From Azolla caroliniana (lineage: Eukaryota > Plantae > Polypodiophyta), in NCBI GenBank assembly GCA_043228905.1, contig JBHGNT010000011.1, forward strand, positions 14,074,001 through 14,138,000: DNA of 64,000 bases, written 5' to 3'. The notes under the pieces are model-generated. The model was not told the DNA's origin. It saw only the letters and a list, made by a program, of their open reading frames with translations, and searched no databases. Positions 1-10,915 of the stretch are shown in pieces. Position 1 is the stretch's first letter, and the number at the start of each line of letters is the position of its first letter. The translations under genes and the position numbers were made by a program.

Positions 1-288
1 ATCACCGACAGAGTAAATCGACCTTCCGGAAAAGGCCTCCGGGAACTCATCTATGGTCGGTCCGATTCTTGCATTCTGAATGGTCACCTTGTTGACCGGC
101 TGCAGGTCTTGAATAAAGCGCAGCGTGCCGTTCTTCTTTGGCACCGTAAACCACCGATTTGAATACGGGGCACTCAACGGTTCGAGGATGCCCATCTCCA
201 CCTTTTGCTTCAGAAGCTCCATCAACTTCGAGATGTGAGCTCTCGGCACTGGAATCAGATTGAGATTCCACGGTACATGCGGTACCGT

Positions 289-924
289 TGTCGAGGTATT
301 CCTCGCGGATGCGTGGAATGAGGCGGGACCTCGGGGGTCCTGTACCGAAGAGTAAGAGAGAGAGAGAGAGACCCACTACGTGCGAGCGTAGATTCACAGG
401 GACACGGCCCTTCCACGCAAAGACGCGAGCGGGACAGCGACACAGAAAGACACGAAAGTATGTATGTATTGACAAGACAAACAACAAGAACACGAAGACA
501 ACAAAACACGAAGTCGGTTACAACCGAACAGGCCGGCGAACAGATGCCGATACCTGCTCGTAAACGCACAAAGGGGGATGAGTAGGTTGGAGGTGCTGCC
601 GGAAGCACTCGGGCATTCCTTAGAGCAGCGCGGGCCTCCCGAAACCTGCACAGAAAGAAGCTATGGCGTTTGCAACCAGAAAGAGAGAGAGAGAGAAGCC
701 TTCGCACGCAAACCGACAGCAGTTCGTCCTCGACTCTCCGCGATCCCTCTACCCTCCTCGTCTCCCTCCTTTTATAGGCAAGGAAGGAGCCGTTTCCCCT
801 TTACTCCCTACCTACCGAATCTACCTAGGATCTCCTATGTACAACTTAAGGCGCACGTGCATGAAGAGTCGGTTTCTACGCTCCGGTACACCGATTCCGC
901 TTGTGGACGGTTTTCTTCACGACA
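289..924 (-). repeat. 3' LTR of element A (636 bp)
   Basis: Near-identical to 6633-7304 (about 4 substitutions plus a 36-bp (GA)n length difference). Confidence 0.97.
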
Positions 925-941
925 TCCGCCCCCACCTAACC
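925..941 (-). other. Polypurine tract of element A
   Basis: GGTTAGGTGGGGGCGGA abuts the LTR TG on the minus strand; similar tracts precede LTRs at 13932, 29492, 33282, 48053, 49640 and 59857. Confidence 0.9.
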
Positions 942-997
942 GCGCATCCACCGGCATGCGCCAAATTGTGTTGGGACGGAGAAAACCGGTCCAGCCT

Positions 998-3900
998 TCA
1001 TTCCCCGCCCGTCGGTTCTTCCTCGGTTTCGGATCGATCGTCGTCCCGGTCCAGGTTAACCGGATCCGGCTCGTCGTCGTGACGCTTCTTGAACGCTTTG
1101 ATCCGTTTCCCAGCTACCGGTATCGCCACTCTCGTGCCGTCGAGTTCCGCCAGATGGTACGTCCCGTTGTCGTTGGCGCTTTGTACCACGTAAGGCCTGA
1201 ACCACCTCCTTGCGAACTTCCGCGTTGCTCGGTGCTGGTTGTCGAAGCTGCTGTCGTAGACTAGCACCCAGTCGCCTTCCTCGATCTTCTTCGGTCGGAG
1301 CCGGTGCGTCCAGTCGAACCGGGCTTTGTTCCTTGTCCTGGCCACCCGAAGCTTTTCCGCAGCCTGCTCCACGTCCTCCGGTCTCCGCTCGAGCTGTCGT
1401 ATGGGCGCCGTCAACAGTTCCTCCCGGCTCATCTCGTCTCTCCAGTCCATGGTTACCCATGAGGAGACCGTACGTTCGATCGGCATGATCGGCTTCTGCC
1501 CAAACATGAGCTCTGCCGGCATGAATCCGGTTACCGAAGTGTGCGTAGTCCGGTCAGCCCACAACGCGTAAGGCAGTAGCCGCGGCCAGTTCCCGACTTG
1601 ACCTCCGCATGCCCGAACTAACGCCTTGACGATCGGTCCGTGTCCGCGCTCCACCTTCCCATTTGCCTCTGGATTGTAAGCAGTGGTAAGCGAGAGCTTG
1701 ACCCCTAACCGGTCGAACAACTCCTCGGCCTCTTCGGCGTCCAACTCCCCGCGATCAGCCACGATCTTCCCGACGCACCCGTACCGGCATATTACGTCCT
1801 CAAGCAGGAACCGACATACGGCCGCAGTCGTTTTGTTCTGAAGGGCCCGGCCTTCCACCTGGTTCGTTAGATCTTCCCGAGCCAGGACCAGATACCGCAT
1901 CTGTCCTACTCCTATCGGCATCGTTACCAGGTCTACCATCCATTTGAAGTGGATGGTCGCAGGGTACGTAGGGTGAAGTTCGTCCCGGTGTCGGACTATG
2001 GAGTGCATCTGACAGCTCTCGCAAGTTGTCACGAATCGATGCACGTCCCGGTACAGTCCCGGCCACCAGTACTTCCCCTTTATCTTCTCGAACGTGGCCC
2101 AGGTTCCACGGTGTCCGGCCCAAGGGCTGTCGTGGTAGGCCGTCAGCAGCTCCTTCTATTCATCCTTCATCGCCACCACCCGGAGCGGAGCGCCGTCCCT
2201 CTTCTTCGGGTGCTTCCATAAGTATCCGTCCCGGAGAAAGAATCGGTGAGCTTTCTTCCGGATTCGGTTGGCCTCGTCCTTCGTCCATGACGCATCCGGC
2301 GTCATTGTCCTCAAGAATCCACCGATCTGGAGCCACTCGCCGTCGTACTTGCTCTCGTCGAAGTCGTTAAGTGCCGGAGTGCTCGTCCCATCGGTCGTCA
2401 CGTACGCCGCCTCGAAGAAGTCCACGCTGACTTCTTCGTCCTCCGAAACCATGCCGCCCTCGTCATCAAACCTCGCCCTCGAAAGCATGTCGGCCATGGC
2501 GTTGTCCTTTCCGGAAATGTGTCGTATCTCCGGGTCCAGGGACTTGATGTACGCTATCCACCTGAGCATCGCCGGGTCCGGTGTCGTGCATCCGGAAACC
2601 ATGCCGAGAATCGGCAGGCAATCCGTCTCGATAATCACTTCTGTCCCGATCAGGTAGTCTTTGTCCGCCTTTACCGCTGAAACGATACCCCAGAGTTCGC
2701 GTTTAACCTGGGCGTACCCTCGCTGTCGCTCACTGAGGACCTTAGCGCCGAATCGGATCGGGAACCGGGTGCCGTTCTTGTCTTCTTGGTTGACGACCCA
2801 TCCGATCCCGGTCGGGCTCGTATCCACCGTTATGTATACCGGGGTTCCCTTCTCGTAGACAGCCTTCCGGAGCGCCGGTGCTGCCGTAAGAGCCTCCTTC
2901 AGCTTCCGGACCGACCCCGTGTGCTCGTCTCGCCACTCGAATCTTTGCCCCTTCTTCAGCAACCCGTATAGTGGCTCTGCAACGTGGGCGTAATGCGGGA
3001 TCCATATGTGGTAGAACGCGCATGCCCCCAGGAACCTCCGAACTTCCGTAACCGAGCTACAGTCGGTCTTCATCGCGGAGATGGCTTCTACCTTTGCCGG
3101 AGACGGCTTCCGGCCATATGGTCCACATAGATGCCCGACCACCAGGATTTCTGATTGCCCGAAGGCCGATTTCTCCCCGGAGAAGGTGAGCCTCGCATCC
3201 TCTAGCCTTTGTAGCACCTTCTCGCAGTCGTCGATGTGTGTTGCTACGAATCGCCGGCATCCGTCCGGCCCGAGTGTCTCGTCCTTCTCTTCCACCGGGC
3301 ACCCCTTTATGGGGATGTCGTCTAGAAACGGTATGGTGATGTCCGGGATGCAATCCCTCAGTACTTTGTTCATTGCATTCACCATGTGGGCCACCGAGTT
3401 GGTCCCTCCTTGTGGCAGGGTACACATTCGCACTAGGCCGAGGGGAGTTCGCATTGTCGTAATGTCTCTGCTCTCCACGGCTAGCTGGAACTGGTCGTAC
3501 CCCGAGTACAGATCACCGACCGAGTAAATCGACCTTCCGGCGAAGGCCTCCGCGAACTCATCTATGGTCGGTCCGATTCCTGCGTTCCGGATGGTCACTC
3601 TGTTGACCGGCTGCAGGTCCTGAATGAAGCGCAATGTTCCGTTTTTCTTTGGTACGGTAAACCATCGGTTCGAGTATGGCGCGCTCGACGGTTCGAGAAT
3701 ACCCATATCGACTTTCTGCCTCAATAGCTCCATCAACTTCGGGATGTGAGCTCTCGGTACTAGAATCGGCTTGAGATTCCACGGTACATGCGGTACCGTG
3801 AATATCACCATCGGCTCCACGATTGTCGAGTCTACGCACCCGATCTCTTCCGGTGAGAATGCAAAGGCTTTCCCGTGCCTTCCGAGCATTCTCCGAAACC

Positions 3901-4471
3901 GGTCTTCCTCCGCCGGCAGTAGGAACCCGCCCCCATCGATTTTGAGCTCCCGGAGCGTTCCGTCGGTGAAGGTGTGTCCTATGCAGGCCGGATCTCGTAA
4001 ACTGGGGTCCGACACCACCCCTCTGATTCGGGACTCGCTGCCCTCCGGCAAGGGTGCCGCGACTGGCCTTACCTTCCGGTCCACAGTCTTGTACTTCGTG
4101 CTAACTCGGGCCGTCCGATCCGACCCGAGCCCCTGACTGAAGTTCGCGATGACTTTGTACATCTCTTCGGAACATACCGGTATCGTCTGGTCTTCGTTAA
4201 GGTCTTCTCCGGCTACCTTCCTCAGCATTCCCAATGTGTCGTCGAAGGAGACCGTCTCCACGGCTCCGCTGATTTCCTCGTCCGGGCCGAGAACTCCGCA
4301 CGCTCGAAGTCGCACTTCCGCCCTTGTCTTTTCTCGGCCGACGATGCCGACTATCATACACCCTCCATTGTTGGAGAAGCAAATTTTTCTACCTATCGTA
4401 CAGTCGTGGGGTCTTTCCCGAGTGTCCGGACTGTCTCGGCCCCACGCCTTGGTAGCCCTCTCTAAAAATCC
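998..4471 (-). pseudogene. pol: Gypsy pol (RT-RNase H-integrase) of element A, -1 frame relative to gag, one in-frame TAG at 2156-2158
   Basis: ORFs 2156-4357 and 998-2044 are in the same frame. RT DLYSGY/LPQG/FLDD, RNase H VDTS..ADMLSR, INT zinc finger ending TCESC, D-D-E core, GPY-like module. Sister F has CAG at the stop. Confidence 0.93.
4405..4471 (-). promoter_or_regulatory. Putative -1 ribosomal frameshift signal (G_GAU_UUU slippery site plus H-type pseudoknot)
   Basis: GGATTTTTAG ends gag-PR; the -1 frame is open from here into RT; 6-nt spacer, stem GGGCT/AGTCC and CGTGGGG/CCCCACG; slippery site conserved in 5 copies. Confidence 0.75.
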
Positions 4472-6588
4472 TCCCGGTTCTCGCCACCGAGGGATTCGCG
4501 GTTCCTCTCGTGATTCGGTCTCACGGTCAGAAATTGGACCGAATGGCGCCCGTCCTGGCTTTTGACCCTTGCGTAGGCCGAACTGTTGTCTAGCACCTTG
4601 GTCTCCATTCGAGCTGCCGTGATGTATGGTTCCCCTAATATGACCGGGTGCGAGGACGTCTCCTGTACGAAGAAGTGCTGGTCAATCTCGACGTCGCCGA
4701 TCTTGACTCGCATGTTCGGGCAGGCCCCATGCAGTTCCTCGGAGGCGCGCGTCGCCGCCCGTATCTTCCACCCGTGCTTGGTGTTGATCGGCCACTTCCC
4801 CTTCTTATAGAAGTCCATAGACATCAGGTTTATTTCCGAACCGTGGTCCACCAGTGCCACCACCGGTTCCTGAACCTCTCCGATCTTTACCGGGGTCTCC
4901 GTGGTCGCTCGGGCCCAGTGTGGCCTCGAATAGTGGCTCTCCGCCCACTCATCTTCCAGCGCCGAGTCGTCGATGTGCGTCGTCCGCACCTCCACCGGTC
5001 TTTCCGGTTCTGTCTCCGTCGACAGTCTCTTCCGTTTCACCAAGTCTACAATGGAGTCGTGGAACTCCTTCTTGGCGATCCCTAGCACCTCCCGTAATGA
5101 CAGCTCCACTTTGCTGTCGAGGATCCGTTCTTCTAGGACCTTTCGTAGGTCCGTAGTCCTTTCTATTTCTGTCCCCAGTCGGTACCCGCCCTTCCTGGGG
5201 TTATCTTGCGGGCCGGGCCCACCGGCATCGTTCCGTCGTTGCCCGAATCGGGTCTCGTACCGTTGTGAGGGCCCGGCCGCTCCGGCTTTCCCCACTCCTT
5301 TTTCTTCTACCAGAGCCTCATAGTTCCGGCAAGCGGCTTCTACGAAGCCCGTCTTCTCCTCGACCGAATCGCTCCACCCGGTTATTTCCCGGACCCGTCT
5401 CTCAGCGCGGTCCGTTTCATCTTTCCTCAGCCGCGCGCCGGCGAGGCCTTCCAACATTGCCGACCAGGAACCGTCTTTACTCTCCTTTCGGGCCTCGCTA
5501 CCCCTGACCCGAATACCGGCTGACGCCGAGTAGTGGATGGCCTCCACGTGTCGGGCCGCTGCCTCTTCCATCAGTCTCTTCATACCTCCTCGCCCGTCGT
5601 TTCGGCTCAGGGCCCTCCTGGTGTCGCCAGCGTGCACCCGGCCTTCCCACAGGTATACCACCCGGTTTCTCAACGCCTCTGCGAAATCGCCGCAGTCCTT
5701 CCGAATGTGGCCGACCTCGTCGCACCACATGCACTTGTTCCCCGCTACCGGCCGTCGGTCACGAGCCGGTTCGCCGCCTTCCCTTCGAGTCTGGGTGATC
5801 TGGAGATCCTTTATCGCCCGCGTCAACTCCTCTAGCGCTGCTCCTCCGGACGAGCCATTGACCATGCTGGTCGAAGCCGGACCGGTTTCGAGCCATTCTC
5901 GGGTTTCTTCCCTTCGCACTTGCGGTGCCGGTTCAAGCCTCCTGGCTGTAACAGAGCCCGCACCTGCCGCCCCGTTGTCAGCCCATTCTCGCCGTTTGTC
6001 GAAACGGCCACAGACTCTCTTAACCGCAGCCCAGTCGGTTGTCAGCCCGTCTTCAGTTTCCAGCAGCGAGCCGACTTGATCCCGGTCCCGCTCGTCCACC
6101 GACTTGACGAACAGTAGGACTCGGCTCGTATCCAGAATGGTTCGGTCTAGCGCCGAAAGGCGCGCAAAGCATTCTTCGAACTCCCGGAGGAGTGCCGACG
6201 CGTTTCTTCCTTTGCCGGGGGACTCCACCCATTCCATGAAGTCCCGTTTCGAAAGCCGGAGCGCGTCGTCCAGCCCATATTTCTCTAGGAGTTGGCCTTC
6301 GAACTCCTCCCAGGTACGGCTCTCCGCCCGTACCTCGAGCACCTCCGCATGGATGCTCAGCATCGCCACTCGAGGGAACCCGGCAAGACGCCTCTCTTCC
6401 GGGATGTCCCGCATCAGCATTTCCGCCCCGTAGGACGCCAAATACTTCGTAGCATCCTTTCCGCCGAAACGGCCGATCGTACCGACGACCGCCTCAATGG
6501 CTCTGTCGAGGGCACCGGTGCCCTCGTAAGTGCTCAATATCCGATCCACGGCCAAAGCCATGGCCTCTGCAAGATCCGACTCCCTCAT
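4462..6588 (-). CDS. gag: Gag-aspartic protease polyprotein of element A (~708 aa from the ATG after the PBS)
   Basis: Part of the 803-aa ORF. Zinc knuckle CMWCDEVGHIRKDC, protease ALVDHGSEIN...VILGEP. MRxSxLAE start is conserved in sisters. Confidence 0.9.
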   Translation of the reverse strand: MRESDLAEAMALAVDRILSTYEGTGALDRAIEAVVGTIGRFGGKDATKYLASYGAEMLMRDIPEERRLAGFPRVAMLSIHAEVLEVRAESRTWEEFEGQLLEKYGLDDALRLSKRDFMEWVESPGKGRNASALLREFEECFARLSALDRTILDTSRVLLFVKSVDERDRDQVGSLLETEDGLTTDWAAVKRVCGRFDKRREWADNGAAGAGSVTARRLEPAPQVRREETREWLETGPASTSMVNGSSGGAALEELTRAIKDLQITQTRREGGEPARDRRPVAGNKCMWCDEVGHIRKDCGDFAEALRNRVVYLWEGRVHAGDTRRALSRNDGRGGMKRLMEEAAARHVEAIHYSASAGIRVRGSEARKESKDGSWSAMLEGLAGARLRKDETDRAERRVREITGWSDSVEEKTGFVEAACRNYEALVEEKGVGKAGAAGPSQRYETRFGQRRNDAGGPGPQDNPRKGGYRLGTEIERTTDLRKVLEERILDSKVELSLREVLGIAKKEFHDSIVDLVKRKRLSTETEPERPVEVRTTHIDDSALEDEWAESHYSRPHWARATTETPVKIGEVQEPVVALVDHGSEINLMSMDFYKKGKWPINTKHGWKIRAATRASEELHGACPNMRVKIGDVEIDQHFFVQETSSHPVILGEPYITAARMETKVLDNSSAYARVKSQDGRHSVQFLTVRPNHERNRESLGGENREDF

Positions 6589-6610
6589 CTTCTGCTCTTC
6601 TGCCGCCTCT

Positions 6611-6628
6611 TTCACGTCGGGTTCACCA
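6611..6628 (-). other. Primer-binding site complementary to the tRNA-Trp 3' end
   Basis: TGGTGAACCCGACGTGAA is the reverse complement of the plant cytosolic tRNA-Trp end TTCACGTCGGGTTCA-CCA (recalled). Also at 10894, 30701, 42384, 54111, 62369. Confidence 0.85.
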
Positions 6629-6632
6629 AATA

Positions 6633-6695
6633 TGTCGAGGTATTCCTCGCGGATGCGTGGAATGAGGCGGGACCTCGGGGGTCCTGTACCGAAGA

Positions 6696-6753
<58 letters not shown>

Positions 6754-7304
6754 CACTACGTGCGAGCGTAGATTCACAGGGACACGGCCCTTCGACGCAA
6801 AGAAGCGAGCGGGACAGCGACACAGAAAGACACGAAAGTATGTATGTATTGACAAGACAAACAACAAGAACACGAAGACAACAAAACACGAAGTCGGTTA
6901 CAACCGAACAGGCCGGCGAACAGATGCCGATACCTGCTCGTAAACGCACAGAGGGGGATGAGTAGGTTGGAGGTGCTGCCGGAAGCACTCGGGCATTCCT
7001 TAGAGCAGCGCGGGCCTCCCGAAACCTGCACAGAAAGAAGCTATGGCGTTTGCAACCAGAAAGAGAGAGAGAGAGAAGCCTTCGCACGCAAACCGACAGC
7101 AGTTCGTCCTCGACTCTCCGCGATCCCTCTACCCTCCTCGTCTCCCTCCTTTTATAGGCAAGGAAGGAGCCGTTTCCCCTTTACTCCCTACCTACCGAAT
7201 CTACCTAGGATCTCCTATGTACAACTTAAGGCGCACGTGCATGAAGAGTCGGTTTCTACGCTCCGGTACACCGATTCCACTTGTGGACGGTTTTCTTCAC
7301 GACA
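6633..7304 (-). repeat. 5' LTR of element A (672 bp) with expanded (GA)n
   Basis: Pairs with 289-924; adjacent to the PBS. Confidence 0.97.
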
Positions 7305-10089
7305 CCGTGAAGATCACCATCGGTTCGAAAACTGTCGGGTCTACGGACTTGATCTCCTCCGGTGAGAATGCAAAAGCCTTCCCGTGCCTCCCGAGCATTC
7401 TCCGAAACCGGTCCTCCTCCGCCGGCAGTAGAAAGCCACCCCCACCGACCTTGAGCTCCCGTAGCGTTATGTCGGTGAACCGGTGCCCTATGCCAGCTGG
7501 GTTCCGTAAACTTGGGTCCGACGTGACCCCTTTTATCCGCTCCTCGTTGCCCTTCGGCAAGGGTGCCGCGACTGGCCTCACCTTCCGGTCCACAGTCTTG
7601 TACTTTGTATCCACGCGGGCCGTCCGACCCGACCCGATTCTTTCCCCGAAGTCCGCGATGACTTTGTATATTCCCATCAAACTAACCGGAATAGTCCGGT
7701 CTTCTCTAAGGTCTTCACCAATCACCTTTTGTAACTCGCCCAAGGTGTCGTTGAAAGAGATCGCCTCCACGACGCCGTTGATTTCTTCGTCGGGGGAGAG
7801 GACTCCGCATCCCCTGAGCCGCTTCTCCGGCCTCTTCCTTTCCCGGCCGGTGACACCAGTTATAGTACAACCCCGATTGTCGGAGAACCAAAATTTCCTA
7901 CCTATGGTACAGGTCTTCTTCCCTACTGTACACTTGTGGGGTTTTTCCGGGGTGTCGGCCCCACGCCTTGATAGCCCTCTCTAAAAATCCCCTCGGGTTT
8001 CACCTCTGAGGGTCTCGCGGTTACGCTCATGGTTCGGTCGCATCGTCAGGAACTGGACCGAGTGACGCCCGTCCTGGCTCTTGACTCTTGCATAGGCCGA
8101 ACCGTTGTCCAACACCTTGGTCTCCATCCGTGCCGCCGTGATGTATGGTTCTCCTAGTATAACCGGATGTGAGGATGTCTCCTACACGAAGAACTGCTGG
8201 TCGATCTCGACATCGCCAATTTTCACCCGTACGTTCGGGGTAGCTCCATGTAGTTCTTCCGTGGCGCGCGTCGTTGCCCGTAATTTCCAGCCATGTTTGG
8301 TGTTGATCGGCCATTTTCCCCTTTTGTAGAAGTCCATGGACATCAAGTTGATTTCTGAACCGTGGTCCACCAACACCACCACCGGTTCCTAGACATCCCC
8401 GATCTTAACAGGGGTCTCCGTGGTCGCTCTGGCCCAGTGCGGCCTCGAATAGTGGCTCTCCGCCAGCTCGTCTTCTAGCGCCATGTCCTCTATGTGCGTC
8501 GTTCGCACTTCCACCGGCTTCTCCAGCTCTGGCTTTGTCGACAGCCTCTTTCTCTTCAGTAAGTCTACGATGGAGTCGTGGAACTCCTTCTTGGCGATCC
8601 CGAGCACCTCCCTCAGCGACAGCTCCACTTTGCTGTTGAGGATATGTTCCTCCAGGACCTTTCGCAGGTCCGTGGTCCTTTCGATTTCCGTGCTCAATCG
8701 GTACCCGGCCTTCTTGGCTTTATCCGGTGCACCGGTCGCGCCGACCTCATTCTGCCGTTGACCGAATCGGGTTTCGTACCGTTGCAAGGGTCTGGCCCCT
8801 CCAGTTTTAGCTATTCGCTTGTCTTCCACCAGAGCCTCGTAGTTCTCGCATGCGGCTTCAACAAAGCCCGTCTTCTCTTCGATCGGGTCACTCCACTCGG
8901 TTACCTCCCGGACCCGTTTTTCCGCGCGGTCCGCTTCTTCTTTCCTTAACCGTGCGCCGGCAAGGCCTTCCAGCATCAACGGCCAGAATCTGGCTTCGTC
9001 TGTCTTCCGGGCCTCACCACCTCTGATCCGGATCCCTGCTGATGCTGAGTAGTGGACGGTCTCCGCGTGGCGAGCCACCGCTTCTTCCATCAACCGTTTC
9101 ATACCCCCTCGTCCGACATTCAGGTCCAGGGCCCTTCGGGTCTTGCTAGCGTGCACCCGACCGTTCCATAGGTACACCACGTTGGCTCTCATTGCCTCGG
9201 CGAAGTCCCCACAGTCCCTCCGGACGTGGCTGACCGCGTCGCACCACAAACACCGGTTTCCAGCCAGAGGCCTTCGGTCATGGGCCTGTTCGCCGCAATC
9301 CTTCTGTGCCTGTGCAATTTGGAGGTCCTTTACCATCCTAATCAGCTCCTCTACAACTGCTCCTCTGCTCGAGCCTTTGACCATGCCGGTCGAAGTCGAT
9401 CCGGTCTCGAGCTAGTCTCGGGTCTCTTCCCTTCGCGCTGGCGGGGTTGGCTCAAGACTCCTTGCTGCTACAGAGCCCTCCCCTGTTGATCCTTTATCGA
9501 CCCACTCTGGCCGTTTGTCAAAATGGCCACAAACTCTCTTCACCACGGCCCAGTCGGCTGTCAGCCCGTCATCAGTCTCCAGTAGGAGACCCACCTACTC
9601 CTGGTCCCTCGCATCCACCGACTTAACGAACAGTAGGACGCGGCTCGTGTTTAGTACGGTCCAGTCGAGCGCCGAAAGACGCGCGAAGCGTTCTTCAAAC
9701 TCCCGGAGGAGCACTGACGCGTTTCTCCCCTTTTCGGGGGTCTCTACCCATTCCATGAAATCTTGTTTCGAGAGCCGAAGCGCGTCATCAAGCCCGTATT
9801 TTTCGAGGAGCCGACCTTCAAACTCTTCCCAGGTTCGGCTCTCAGCCCGTACCTCGAGCACCTCCGCATGGATGCCCGGCATTGCCACTCGAGGGAAACC
9901 GGCCAATCGCCTCTCTTTTGGAATGTCTCTCATTACTATCTCGGCCCGGTAGGCCTCCAAATAGCTCGTGGTGTCCTTCCCACCGAACCGGCCTATCGTG
10001 CCGACGACCGCTTCAATGGCCCTATCGAGGGCGCCTGCGCCTTTGCACACACTCACTATCCGATCCACAGCCGAAGCCATGGCTTCCGC

Positions 10090-10849
10090 TGTCGTGCCTT
10101 TCGGCTCCGGATCGTTGCGTGAGTCGGGTGGGAACCGCCGAGGTTTTGGACTAGGAGAAAGAAAAATACAAATAAGGCTAGTAAAGAATAGGTATAAAGA
10201 GTTATAAGATAAGAATCTCGTGAATCCCACGAGTTTAGTATATTTAGTCAATATTTAGGTAGTAAGAGAGAATTATTTTAGCAAATTCGTGAATCCCACG
10301 AATATTTTAGATTGATTGATCATTATAGAAAAATAATCAACAAAAACTACAATGTGCTCCCCATCCTTATATAGTGATGGGAGAGACTAAGCATAGCTAC
10401 ATGCTTTTTTTTCTAATATGTTCATGCACACTAAATGTACATGTGATGCTTTTCTAATCCTTGCTTTTATTTGCTAAATATAGTGCTCATGCACGCTAGA
10501 TGTACATGAGTCACTTTTTAGTTGCTTGCGTTTTTCTATAAAATATTCACGCACTCTAAAAATGCACGATTTACCTTTTAATAAAGGTAGGTGCAAATAA
10601 AGCACTTATAGTTATTAAATCTATTTGTAGAACACTAAAGATAAGGTAGCATAATGGTAAAGTTGAGGTTTGGCTACGTGGAGGTACAAGGTTCAAATCT
10701 TGCCCTATGCACGTGATAAATATCTTGATATTCTTATTTTATTTATTGGTGATAAATATCTTGATATTCTTATTTTATTTATTTATATGTAATTAAATCG
10801 GTTATATTATTTTTACTTTTTCACGTAGTGTACGAAATACACTACGACA
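10090..10849 (-). mobile_element. AT-rich solo LTR (760 bp) inserted in gag of element B
   Basis: TGTCGTG...TACGACA termini; perfect TSD CCGC (10086-89/10850-53); gag frame resumes across it; TATA-like CTATATAAG on the minus strand near 10370. Confidence 0.85.
10641..10710 (+). promoter_or_regulatory. tRNA-like Pol III A-box/B-box cassette inside the solo LTR
   Basis: A box TAGCATAATGG (10647), B box GGTTCAAATC (10690), tRNA-like spacing; no full cloverleaf. Confidence 0.6.
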
Positions 10850-10915
10850 CCGCGAGGTCCGACCCCTTCATCTTTCTATTCCTCTGCCGCCTATTCATGT
10901 CGGGTTCACCAAATA

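Larger units (their letters stand above)
289..7304 (-). mobile_element. Full-length non-chromovirus Ty3/Gypsy LTR retrotransposon A (young, one nonsense codon in pol)
   Basis: Paired TG..CA LTRs 289-924 and 6633-7304, perfect 4-bp TSD CCGT (285-288/7305-7308), PBS, PPT, domain order gag-PR-RT-RH-INT. Confidence 0.97.
7305..10871 (-). pseudogene. Degenerate gag-PR and RT N-terminus of element B
   Basis: ORF fragments 9595-10089, 9412-9594, 8389-9384, 8182-8382, 7297-7770 are homologous to element A and separated by stops. Confidence 0.9.

Noticed and set aside
284-288. 5-bp TSD ACCGT for element A
   Set aside because: The matching A at 7304 is the terminal A of the LTR (CGACA, fixed by the PPT-side copy); all other paired sites give 4 bp.
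998-1100. Chromodomain or env-like ORF after the Gypsy integrase
   Set aside because: Integrase ends in a short acidic tail about 60 bp before the PPT, leaving no room for either.
255-1264. ORFs repeated in LTRs and many antisense or alternate-frame ORFs over gag/pol
   Set aside because: By-products of GC-rich, stop-poor repeats; no recognisable domains.
6589-6873. N-terminal 95 aa of the 803-aa ORF (SLSLSL run)
   Set aside because: Lies in the LTR/PBS and translates a (GA)n microsatellite; the conserved start is ATG 6588.
10641-10710. Functional tRNA genes (also 27221-27831)
   Set aside because: A and B boxes are present but acceptor and anticodon stems do not form a proper cloverleaf; kept only as tRNA-like cassettes.
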